Below, piece by piece: positions 12,881 through 24,139 of a stretch of DNA of 40,009 nucleotides. Position numbers and translations under genes: made by a program. The notes under the pieces were generated by a model. The model was given only the letters and a program-made list of their open reading frames with translations. It searched no databases and had not been told where the DNA came from. Position 1 is the stretch's first letter. Every line of letters starts with the position of its first letter. The stretch spans positions 8,969,003 to 9,009,011 of the forward strand of contig NC_068983.1 of assembly GCF_001194135.2 (NCBI RefSeq), in the 5' to 3' direction. The stretch is from Octopus bimaculoides (lineage: Eukaryota).

Positions 12881-12924
12881 AGACCCAGAGGTGTCAATGA
12901 GACCCAGAGGTGTCAGGTAATGCT
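12881..12924 (+). repeat. 19-bp tandem repeat x2.3 (GGTGTCAATGAGACCCAGA)
   Basis: Directly visible. Confidence 0.9.
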
Positions 12925-13021
12925 GAGTAAGTGCTATGGATAGACCATAGTTAAGCTTCAGGTTCGGTGATTAAGCGAATAAGGGGTCCAACATAGGTCA
13001 TATATCAGCGTATGTATATAA

Positions 13022-13147
13022 AGATTTACTTTTTCGTAATGAGATAAAAAAACAAAACCATGGCTGTGTAGGTTTTTAGAACATTTATAAATGTTCTAAA
13101 ATCTACACAGCCTTGGAATTTTTTATCTCATTAGGAAGAGTAAATCT
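13022..13147. repeat. 126-bp spacerless imperfect palindrome, possibly a MITE-like hairpin
   Basis: AGATTTACT..TAATGAGATAAAAAA..GGCTGTGTAG.TTTTAGAACATTTA|TAAATGTTCTAAAA.CTACACAGCC..TTTTTTATCTCATTA..AGTAAATCT. Confidence 0.9.
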
Positions 13148-13326
13148 AACCATTTACATAAGCATGTAAATGCACACCGGAGACGGACACAGAAGTGAAG
13201 GAAAACATGCTTGTAGTTCATTTCTACGTTTTCTTTCCTTAATGTTTGTCACTACAAAATTTCTTGCATGAAGCTTGCTGTTTTCCATATTCTTCTACTT
13301 TTCCCACGCTGTCTGGATATTTATAG

Positions 13327-13485
13327 CTTGCATTATTTACATTCGATCGATATTTGTCCTCATCATGATTGTCGTCAACACAACGTTTCGGCTGATATAC
13401 CCTCCAGCCTTCTTCATGTGTCTTGGGGAATTTCGAACCCGGGTACTCATTCCTAAGGTATTCCTAAACACTACGCCATATGCCC
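13327..13485 (-). mobile_element. Inverted, internally deleted copy of SINE family C (first about 21 nt of head joined to tail)
   Basis: Reverse complement matches about 13593-13730 with 16 differences in about 137 nt by hand count, plus a perfect 17-nt match to the head start. Confidence 0.9.
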
Positions 13486-13487
13486 GT

Positions 13488-13760
13488 GGGCATATGGCGT
13501 AGTGGTTAAGAGCGCAGGCTATTAACCCCAAAATTCCGAGTTCGATTCCAAGCAGTGACCTGAACAATAGCAATAATAATAATAACATCAAAAAATACCT
13601 TAGGAATGAGAACCCAGGCTCGAAATTTCCCCAAGACACCTGATGAAGGCAGGAGGGTATATCAGCCGAAACGTTGTGTTAACAACAAACAAGATGAAGA
13701 CCAATATCCGTCGAATGTAAATAATGTAAATAATTCCTCATCTCTTAAATATAGAACTGT
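13488..13760 (+). mobile_element. tRNA-derived SINE family C with hammerhead-containing tail
   Basis: A box TGGCGTAGTGG (13495-13505), B box GAGTTCGATTCC (13538-13549), CT-ATT-AA loop similar to tRNA-Asn, (AAT)n linker, tail with CTGATGA...GAAACGTT. Confidence 0.85.
13635..13680 (+). ncRNA. Minimal type I hammerhead ribozyme (short stem III variant)
   Basis: GACAC/GTGTT stem I, CTGATGA core, one extra A, stem II GGC(a)G/C(a)GCC, GAAA, palindromic ACGT, cleavage triplet GUU. Activity untested. Confidence 0.7.
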
Positions 13761-14199
13761 ATCATTTATAACTTGGTTGATTTTTTGTTTTCTTTGTAGG
13801 ATTGGTCCGAGTGACTCCAAAAACGATCAGCGCCTGCATATGAAATTTAAAGGATTATCATAGCAAAATCTATATAATAAGCCAAAGCATCCATTATTCA
13901 TAGTTTGCAGGTGTTACGTCAAAAGTGTAAAGCATCTCTGTCTGAGAGCTGGAGACACAACACATCATAAGAAGGTTAAACATCATTGAATACAACAGAC
14001 AGGGAGCCCAAAAGAGAGTGCTCAGTTAGCTAACGTATTGTATTTGTGCCTCACTGGTCATACACGTTAGTGCTTCGAATGTATAACTAAGCCATAATTC
14101 TCATATAACTCCATAGAACAGCACTAATGAAAAATGATTCGATGCTAATTCAAACGTTTGAGAAAGAGTCTGCTAAAAGGATAACAAGAACTTTTAGAA

Positions 14200-14560
14200 A
14201 ATCCCCGTATGACAACTTTCAGTTTGAACAAGTTGAAAATGATCTTGCCTCGTAATAAGAGAAAAATCTTTTTACGTACAGCAAGATCTTCCAAGTAGGC
14301 CTAAGCAGTAATATCAAGGAGATAAAACAGAAGAATGACATTAAAATCTAATGAAATGGAAAATTTATTTCAAGAAGGCAAACATATTACCGAATTATAT
14401 GAATTTGGTTTTCAATGACAGAGAAACACAGATTAAATTGCCAAGTTAGATTAAGTCAACACATTAGCTAAAATATTGCTATTAACCTTAATATCAAAGA
14501 CACGACGGTCATCTTAATCCACAAGACTTACATCACTCTAAAAGACCACAACATAATTCC
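14200..14560 (+). pseudogene. Penelope-like element ORF fragment, upstream of the RT core
   Basis: Frameshifted translation includes NIAINLNIKD...KTYITLKDHN, resembling PLE (A/F)ITLKDHK. The left boundary is approximate. Confidence 0.55.
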
Positions 14561-14892
14561 TGACCTTCTACAAGACAGCGACTTAGGAAAAAAACTTACT
14601 CTTATAATTAAACATAGGGTTAAGTGGTTTATCCCAGCGATGTTGCATCTACGTCTTCGGAATGTTCTAGTCTATAAGACGTTGTTTCTGACTTCAAGAC
14701 AATAATATAATATATTCAAAGTTTGTTTTGGTGAGATTCATTAGGTTTCATGTGTTCGCACTAATCTAGTTTAAGGTGAACTATATTTGCAGCAAACTCA
14801 CTGCTACATCTGGTTTGTATAATTACAATAGTAATTTCACTAATGACAAATACCTTTCTCACTCCTGTACTTTCAACAAGCCTAGTATCTGC

Positions 14893-14903
14893 TTTCTCTC
14901 TCT

Positions 14904-14945
<42 letters not shown>
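14893..14945. repeat. (CT)n microsatellite
   Basis: Directly visible. Confidence 0.95.
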
Positions 14946-14947
<2 letters not shown>

Positions 14948-15478
14948 GTGGCGTATATATTATCAGATTAAATTAACTGAAGTTAGCATATGTTGATATA
15001 AAGCTGATATATACTCTCTGAAACTTCTTTCAAAACCAGCCTTCAATTAATACACACCCACACATCAACATACATACATATATACATGCATACATACATA
15101 TATACATACATACATACATATGCATGTATGAATGTATCTATGTATTATGCATGTACGGATCCAGAGAAAGATACTTTGCTACTCATGGAATATAATAGTC
15201 TGTTGCAGGATTTTCAATTTTGAAAATGGTGCACGAATTAATGAATTCTTTCGTAAGCTTCTATTGTTATTGCCACGAGTGCTTTATGAGATTTAGTGGA
15301 CGCTGTAGGGAAGCTATTTGATTTAATAAGTGAAAATATGTTCCTTGGCTGCGTGAGGAAGTAACTGAGCAGCGCCCTTGAACATTGAACAGTAGAATTT
15401 ACTGCCGCACTGAAAGATACGTTACGTTGGATTTTTACAGTTAACAACAGTAATAATTACAGACTGGTAGAGAGTTAC

Positions 15479-15573
15479 TGCTCTGAGAGGGCTGTTGGTG
15501 TATCAACATGCTGCTTGTCCAACAGATCAGAAATTAGTTCTGATGTTTTAGTGACGTGAAATTTCTTAGACAT
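15479..15573 (-). CDS. Candidate coding exon MSKKFHVTKTSELISDLLDKQHVDTPTALSE; unverified
   Basis: First ATG after an in-frame stop, 95 nt to a CA|GTAACT donor, next to a promoter-like segment. No partner exon established. Confidence 0.2.
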
Positions 15574-15589
15574 CAATCTGTCTTCGTCG

Positions 15590-15800
15590 GCTTTCTGAGT
15601 TGTCCGCTGCGACCGTTTGATTGGCTATAATGGAGAGACTTGACACTCAACTGTCTCAACATTCTGCAAAGAGTGTAGGCACCAAAATGGCTCTTTTATA
15701 GCATACAAGTACTTTCTAAAATACGGTATCACGGGGCGGTTTTACGCTGAGTAGTTGCCTAATTGGCCGATCACAGGAAACGATTGTGGTCTGTCGTGTG
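15590..15800. promoter_or_regulatory. Candidate promoter: two CCAAT boxes and a GC box in a CpG-richer unique segment
   Basis: TGATTGGCT 15618-15626, GGGGCGG 15733-15739, ATTGG 15762-15766. Direction unresolved. Confidence 0.35.
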
Positions 15801-16769
15801 TCTGAAAGTTTACCTAACGGTTAGATTTCAAATCACAGCTACACTGTATATTAGAGAATTTCCATTTGTGAACTATTATTTCCCACTTAATACTGTCACC
15901 ATATTTTGAAAGATATTTCGGTATTACGAAATCGTAAACGCAAACTCTCAGAGTGGATCGCGTTTGCATCCATATTTCACATGATAATACATGACATTAT
16001 GTTCCTTCACCGTTAATAGACTTACATTTTTGGTTTTCTTTTCTTCATTTTGCTGCATAATGTAATGAATAGCTGAAAATATACCCCTGTACTATAGATG
16101 TTTGGCAATCCATCAAATTTTGATGTACTGTGCATTAATCGTATTTCGATGTTTAATGAAATATTACTTTTGTGACTGTGTCTGGTCATGTAATGAACAT
16201 CGCAGTGTTTATAGTTACTTGATGATAACAGATTACCTCTTCCCTACTTATAAAAGTATGCAACATTTCTTTCGATTGACTCCAACTTGGGCCATTCCAT
16301 TATTGCCAAATTCATTATATATACCTTCCCATCATGAAATACAAAAAATTTAATCTTTTTACCTCCTCTAAGATTATACTGAATTTTCAAATTTCCAAAT
16401 GTCTGTAAAACACGACATAATTATTATTTAACATGTCAACAATTTTGCCAGCAACAGACCGCATAAACTGTTGCTTAGCAAGTCACACTATTGCATGTCA
16501 GTATTGTAATGCTCTACTGCCAGATTTGTAAATAGATCATTATTGTTAGTAGTTACTTTACGTCATATGTGCTATGCAACATTCACGCCAGTTTATAAAG
16601 TTTATTTTGCTCATTTCTTATGAGTTTTCGTTTCACTGCATTTACACCACGTAATAAAATTTAATACACGATTTCAGAATATGAATGAAAACCCGCAGCT
16701 TAACCATTTAAACGTTCTCAACGATTGATTTTGACAGAAAATGATTTCAGTTTTGTGCACATTGGAAAA

Positions 16770-16800
<31 letters not shown>

Positions 16801-16879
16801 CATACATACATGCATATACATATATATACATACATATACATATATATACATACATATACATATATATACATACATATAC

Positions 16880-16910
<31 letters not shown>

Positions 16911-16917
16911 CATACAT

Positions 16918-16948
<31 letters not shown>

Positions 16949-17163
16949 CATACATATACATACATATACATACATATACATACATATACATATATATACA
17001 TACATATACATATATATACATACATATACATACATACATACATATACATATACATACATACATACATACATATACATATAAGCATACATACATGTATATA
17101 TATACATACATACATATATATATGCATACATATATACATACATACGTATATATGTACATACAT
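16770..17163. repeat. Long (TACA)/(TA) compound microsatellite
   Basis: Directly visible; runs into a gap. Confidence 0.95.
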
Positions 17164-17526
17164 NNNNNNNNNNNNNNNNNNNNNNNNNNNNNNNNNNNNN
17201 NNNNNNNNNNNNNNNNNNNNNNNNNNNNNNNNNNNNNNNNNNNNNNNNNNNNNNNNNNNNNNNNNNNNNNNNNNNNNNNNNNNNNNNNNNNNNNNNNNNN
17301 NNNNNNNNNNNNNNNNNNNNNNNNNNNNNNNNNNNNNNNNNNNNNNNNNNNNNNNNNNNNNNNNNNNNNNNNNNNNNNNNNNNNNNNNNNNNNNNNNNNN
17401 NNNNNNNNNNNNNNNNNNNNNNNNNNNNNNNNNNNNNNNNNNNNNNNNNNNNNNNNNNNNNNNNNNNNNNNNNNNNNNNNNNNNNNNNNNNNNNNNNNNN
17501 NNNNNNNNNNNNNNNNNNNNNNNNNN
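17164..17526. other. Assembly gap (N run)
   Basis: N run. Confidence 1.
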
Positions 17527-18828
17527 ATATATATATATATATATATATTCAGTTTTCCTTATCATTAATAGAGTTAGTCAGTGAAATTTCTAATTATCAC
17601 ATAAAGGAACAATGTAAAAGAAGTTAAGAAAGTAACCTTAAAATTGAAAGAAATTTAATGTACACACCTGGCTTTAATGTTGTTAACAATACTGTATTTT
17701 CTTTTTACATTTTACCTTCTTTAACACGCAGGAATGTAACACATTGATGTTAAGAAACCTCTTTTTACATTTTACTTTCATTAACATATAGACTTATTTC
17801 TTCTCGACTGAAAATTAAATTTAGTTTCTTCCCAAAATGATTATTGAATCTTAATCAACGATTGATGAACTAACTCTTATCGCGTGAACAGCTATTAATT
17901 GGATAAGTATCTCGCGAAATTCTCCTGACCTATATGGAACCTTGATTATAGCAACACAATCCAACTTAGCAATAGTTAATTTCATAGGACTACCACTGCT
18001 TGCAGCTGTAAATCTTACTTACTTAATGTTGCATTGAACACACTGAGCAAATGACAGTGGATTAACCCGGGCATATATTACATTCTTCTCATATAGCATT
18101 CTCCAAACAATCCATCATTCAGCTCGCACTTCTCACAGCAAGTCTGTATATATTCTCAGAACCGAGAAAGACCAATACTCGTTATCTCGGATTCTGCTGT
18201 TTCGACTTAGTATTACGATACCTTATTGATTTATCTATCTCCCACGCCTCGGAGAAACAAGCAAATTCACAAACAACAAATGGCAGTTCAAATAAGATAT
18301 ATATTAAAACAGCAAAAAAAAAAAAATGGGGGCGTTACGCATATTGCACAACAGAGGCATCTTCCTGATTGTCTGAGAAATGGCAACATTTGTTTGTTCT
18401 AGAGTTGCGAATATTGATCTAAACTTTATTTGCATGGATTGTAGGCATGGAATTTTAAATTGTCCTTCTTTTCTTGATGCAATTACTGTTTCCAATAATT
18501 TATTTACAAAACATAAAACATCATAGGAAAAGATTGGAATAATAATACAGAATAACATATAAGAACAACCAAATTGATTTTCCTGCAACAAGTTTGAATA
18601 ATGAAAGCAGCTGAATATTGTAAAACGATGCAGCTTAAGAATCTTGTGAAGGCACATTATAAGACAAAACTGGCGTTTATTTTATTTTACTTTTTCATAT
18701 TTATATGGATATACTCTATGCATGTCTTATTTTATTTTGATTTATGTTTCAAATATACATACTTACGCATAGCAATAATTGCTATGCTCCTATACCATTC
18801 TCTCCTAATATGAATTTGCATAACCATA

Positions 18829-18830
<2 letters not shown>

Positions 18831-18906
<76 letters not shown>

Positions 18907-19230
18907 CATACATACATATATATACATATACATTCATACATAAAGCGAGACATACGTATATATGTATATATATATATATATATTTATTTATACGTACTTA
19001 TACATATTTATATATATATACACGTATATGTACACATACATATGCGCTCAAATATGTACACAAAATATTTGCGTTGTCTATGTATATGTGTGTGCGTTTG
19101 AATATCCATATAAACCACTTTACACACCACACACACATACACATCTATCTCTATATCTATCTATCTACCTATATGAATCTATCTATATATCTGTCTATAT
19201 TTCGTTAGATAGATAGATAGATAGATAGAT
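18831..19230. repeat. (TA)n/(TACA)n/(TCTA)n microsatellite cluster
   Basis: Directly visible. Confidence 0.9.
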
Positions 19231-20065
19231 AAACAGACACATATATGCGTTATATTTTGTGATTTCTAAAGTTATGTCTCTTAATATCTCTGCTTATATG
19301 CCTTTCCTGTCTGATAGGTTGACTCTTTATCTGTCTGTTGTCAGTCTGCTTTTATATCGCCCTCACTAACAGTCTATGCCTATCCTACAGTGTACCTTCC
19401 CGCCTTTCACTTCCATTTTCACTTCCATACTCTCTCTCTCTCTTTCTCTCTCTCTCTTTCTCATATCTCTGTCTTCTAAATTTATCGCAATTCTATTTAT
19501 GTTTATCGAAAATTTATTCACCATTTTCTCTTTTCCTCGTTTGTTTGTCATCCATCTTTCTATTTTTCACCCCACCTCACCTCCTCCTTTTATTTTTCTG
19601 TTTCTTTTTTTTTTTGTGAGAATCATTGCGTCAATGAAAATTGCAGTTTCTTCGCCTCTGTATAACACCTTTAAAATATATTTCCAATACTTTCCTTTGT
19701 AACCAATATAAATAATAATGAAGAATGCAGAGAATTTGTAAATCTTCAATAGCAATTATGAATACAAATTACTTTATGCAGTTGAACCTTTGTAAACCGA
19801 ATGATATAGGAAATGACATTATATCTGATAGAAAAAGTATTCAGGCAATGGAATTTACTTTCTTTACTTCGATAATAAAAGGATTTTTTCTCTTTCTTTC
19901 TAAAGTCCCACGCTACTCACCCAAAGTGCAATAATAATTTCATTGAATTATAAAGCATCCCGATTTTTTACGCTTTTTTTTTAAATATATTTTCTCACAC
20001 TCACCAAAATGTATATATATATTGATATAATTTGTCAGTTTTAACCAGGTATATATTGGCGTGTT

Positions 20066-20105
<40 letters not shown>

Positions 20106-20326
20106 AACACACAAATATATATTTGCATGCGTCTATGTGTATCTTTAGACACACACACATATATGTGTATATATATATATAATACTTTTATATACATACA
20201 CACGGATGTATATATATACATATATATGTATACATATACAGTTATACACGTTAATATTATTTGACAGGTAAATACAGAATGTTATGGATATATATATATA
20301 CATACTGACATACATACATGCATACG

Positions 20327-20386
<60 letters not shown>

Positions 20387-21106
20387 TGTGTGTGTGTGTG
20401 TGTATACAGATAGATATATATATATACATACATAATACATAAAGAGAACGATAGATAGATAGATAAATGGATAGATAAAGAGAGAAAGAGTGACAGAGAG
20501 AGATGACAGACAAGGAGAGAGAATCAAAAATAAATCGATGTGTAGATAGACAGACAAGAAAAGGCAATATAATGATAATTTGGTAGATAAACATGCGAAG
20601 ACTTATAGGAATACATTTGTGTGTATAACTATACATTTACCTATACCTACAAGTTTGTGTTGTGAGCTTGGATTTGATATAGAAATAGATAAATACATAT
20701 TACATTGATTTTACATAGGAGCCATTATAAGTGTGAGATTCAATGAAATAAGATACTCTGTTATTACATGTAGAATGGTACCTTCTGAATAGTTATGAGA
20801 ATTAATAGCGCGCAGATATGTGGTGGTTATTACGACATTTTAAATACGGTTATTGGTGTTTAACTTGCAGGTCAGTAATGAATGGAAGGACCCACGTCGA
20901 CTCCCACCGTTTCTCAGTCACTTCATATCTAGGACGACTTTATATAATATCTACTCGAATTGTCAAACGGTACAATGTAATCTAGAGGACAATTCAGCTG
21001 CTATTTCTGCCACATCGAATGACAATATATACATATGTGCGTGTGTCTGTGTGTGTGTGCATACCTTCATACACACATGTACATATGTGCGTATATATAT
21101 ATATAT

Positions 21107-21206
21107 NNNNNNNNNNNNNNNNNNNNNNNNNNNNNNNNNNNNNNNNNNNNNNNNNNNNNNNNNNNNNNNNNNNNNNNNNNNNNNNNNNNNNNNNNNNNNN
21201 NNNNNN
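21107..21206. other. Assembly gap (100 N, probably of unknown size)
   Basis: Exactly 100 N flanked by (AT)n. Confidence 1.
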
Positions 21207-22067
21207 ATATATATATTTATATATATATATATATTTATGTATGTATATATATATATGCTTCTATGTATGATTGTATGTTTTGAGGCGCCTTATATATGTA
21301 ATATTTTCTGTGTTATTTTATTGTTTACAACTCACTGCAATGCGTTTCATGTGACGAGTTCGCTCGACACAAAAGGCTTTGCGTATGACGCCTTTTCCTT
21401 TTCCGCTTTCGGGTCTAGTATATATTCTATAACCACATACTGAGAGTCCTATTGACACTTTAGTCAATCGCTTACTGAAAGAGCATTTCAGCGGCAATTT
21501 AGAAGTTGTGTGAATTATAATTCCGCAAGGTTATAAAGCTTTTCATAATAAGCTTTGATACTCCGATGTTGTATGAACAGGATTTAACAAATACTGAATG
21601 TGTTAGTGTGTGTATATACATACACGTACACACACTTCTTCATGTACGTTGAAAATAAATACACAATATACAAAGCTATGCCCGGATACACTGCGCATGA
21701 CTATGGTAACGTCTGAGATATAGGAATCTAGGGAAATCTTCCATTGCTGTCTCTTGACAACAACAGAAAACATAAATGGAAAGCAAATTTATTTACATTT
21801 ATTCACTTATTTTTCATATCTTGACAAAAATAACAACTATAATATAAAACGTTATACAAATTTCTTACATATATAGTATCAATAGAACTCCAGACAAAAT
21901 TCCTTGCTATATTTAGATGCATGGCCTTCGGCGTTCAATTCAAAACAGCCAGCATTGACACATTCTTTTCTCCGATTTCGGTAACTTAAAGTACAAAAAT
22001 ATTGGCTGCCGTCATATATTTACATATTGTTACGTTGTGCGTATATATTATTTCATACACGCACAAC

Positions 22068-22187
22068 GGCGGTGAGCTGACAGAATTATCAGCGCGCCAT
22101 TCAACGGTATTCTGTCCTCTTTACGCTCCAAGATCAAATTCCTCCGCAGTCGACTTTGCCTGTCACCCTTTCTGTGTCGTTAAATTG
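22068..22187 (+). mobile_element. 5' part of tRNA-SINE family D
   Basis: GGCGGTGAGCTGACAGAA...AGATCAAATTCC..GTCGACTTTGCC; homologous to 27424-27556 and 28068-28272. Confidence 0.8.
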
Positions 22188-22189
22188 AA

Positions 22190-24139
22190 AATCAAGTGAA
22201 GGAAGAGGTAGTTAGTGAAAAGCACGAGATCTAAAACTAAGTCGTGAATAAATGAATAAATTGTTAAGAAGAATACTGAACTGGAAAAGACCAGTCTAAA
22301 GTTATTGGTTGGGAAATTGAGAGAATACTTTCAGAATTGCTAGAACGGAGGATTGATCTTAAAACGGATGATTAGACGGAGAACAGTACTCCTTATGTAA
22401 GACAAAAGCAGCAGCAATATTGCTTGTAATTATAAAAATTCACTTACTTACCATTAGTGTGGAAGTTGTTAACAGGAAAGCTCTCAGAAAGCATTTATAA
22501 GCATCTGACAGCCTGAATTTACTTCCAGAAGAGCGGGAGGTTTGCATGAATAAAACTAGAGGAATACATGATGTATAATACATAGGCAAAGCAGTTTTAA
22601 AGGAAGTGAAATCTAGAAAGAAACCTTTAACAATTGGCAGATGATAAGAAGGCCTATATCACGATGGCATACTCATGGATAAGTGAAAGTTTGAGTATCT
22701 TCAGTATTGTAGAGAATATGGTTGATTTGATTAGCAATAGCTTGAAAAAATTGAAAGTTCGCTTTTACTCAGGTAATACAACCTTAGGGAACGTTAATAT
22801 CAAAACACTGGTTCTCATGGCTTTTGATCTTAACTGATTGGAAGTCTAATCATGTACATCGTTTGTCTGGGTGTAGAAAAGATAGGTTACAGCAAATATT
22901 CTGCACAATATGACACATTTGCTCGTCAGTTCTTCGAAATTAACCACCAGTTGAATTTGTCCTTTTGTGGTTACGATATGTGCATCTCTAATCACGAGCA
23001 GAAGTAGTAGGGGCGCATCATAGTCATGTGGTGAGAGGAATTCTTTGGGGTTGGAATAATTTACCTCTGGAAACATAATTCGTTCGGTACAAATAATGGG
23101 GCAAGCAGAAGATAATGGATACAAATATCTTGGTATTTTGGAAATGGATATTTTACATGCAGTACTGAAGGAAAATGATAGAGAAACATATTTAGAAAGA
23201 GTCTAAGTGGTTTTACGCTTCACCCTGAATGCAATGAATTTTTGGGCAGTTGCAGTGGTTCGATATAGTGCATCTGTTCTCAGGTGAAGCGAAGAAGAAA
23301 TATCAAAACTGGATAGAAAGACAAGAAAGCTAATGACGATGTATGGAGCTTTACACCTTAAAGCAAATATTTATATATAGCTTGTACATAAAGAAAGCGA
23401 ATGCGGGTGGAAATCTCATCAATGTGAATTATTGTATAAGGAGTGAAAGAAGAATGCTTGCAGCATATTTGGTAAACAGAAAATGCAGGTATATATACAG
23501 ATGAAATGTTTGGTAAGGAAGACCTTAACAAAACTTTGAGAAGAGCATGCGAGATCTTTTTCAACTGAGAATTCATAGTGAGATTGAAAGAAATACGCAG
23601 GATATCAAACATAGAACATAATATACATGCCTTAAGCAAGACAATTTTGAGTGTACTACTGTAAACCTTATAACTGCAACAGCAGCCGAAGCTCTTGCAA
23701 CCTGTTTGGTGAGGTTTAATATCTACAAACATTCTGAAACGCATAAATGCAGACTCCGTGAAAAGAATGTGGAAAATGAAACCCATTTAGTAAAATGGTG
23801 TGAGAGCCTTGCACAAAAATAATACAAGCGCCACCATAATGATGTTTGTTCGTGTCTTCGTTGGCTTTATGTCCTAAATACTTATAGGAACTCACGAGAA
23901 GTTGGCATGAGCATGTACCCTGTAATGTATTACAGGAGGATGGGAAAGTAATGATATTCTGGGATCATAAATTTCCAACAGACAGGCTAATTGAACATCA
24001 CCGACCAAGCATAGACATATTGAACAAGAAATACAAATACTGTCAGATCATTAACGTCTCCATACCAACAGATATGAATATTGCAAGCAAAGACGTGGAA
24101 GAAAATCATGAAGTGTCTCGAACTGAAAGAGGAAAACCT
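22190..24139 (+). mobile_element. Degenerate RLE-type non-LTR retrotransposon (R4/Dong-like), 5'- and 3'-truncated
   Basis: RT motifs (ILNWK, PLVWKLLTG, KKAY..AYSWI, INHQL, GYKYLGIL, LDRKTRKLMTMYGALH), a CCHC-like KCRL..KNVENETHL segment, and an RLE-like FWDHKFPTDRLIEHHRPSIDI...INVSIPTDMN segment. Many stops and frameshifts. Confidence 0.9.

Noticed and set aside
13488-13560. Possible functional tRNA gene (Asn-like)
   Set aside because: Acceptor and T stems do not pair well and it continues into a repeat tail, so it is treated as a SINE head.
15209-15252. Plus-strand micro-exon (TTGCAG|...|GTAAGC)
   Set aside because: Two frames are open, no partner exon and no recognisable protein; such site pairs are expected by chance.
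16674-17568. ORFs of 118-275 aa
   Set aside because: Microsatellite and gap translation with no coding signal.
18304-18657. 117-aa minus-strand ORF in unique sequence
   Set aside because: No recognisable motif; AT-rich composition is compatible with chance; splice signals are weak.
20871-20969. Plus-strand exon candidate after AACTTGCAG
   Set aside because: Weak donor, ambiguous frame and no family similarity.
21380-21422. Possible Helitron 3' end (short hairpin then CTAGT)
   Set aside because: The hairpin is only 3-4 bp and no matching 5' end was found.
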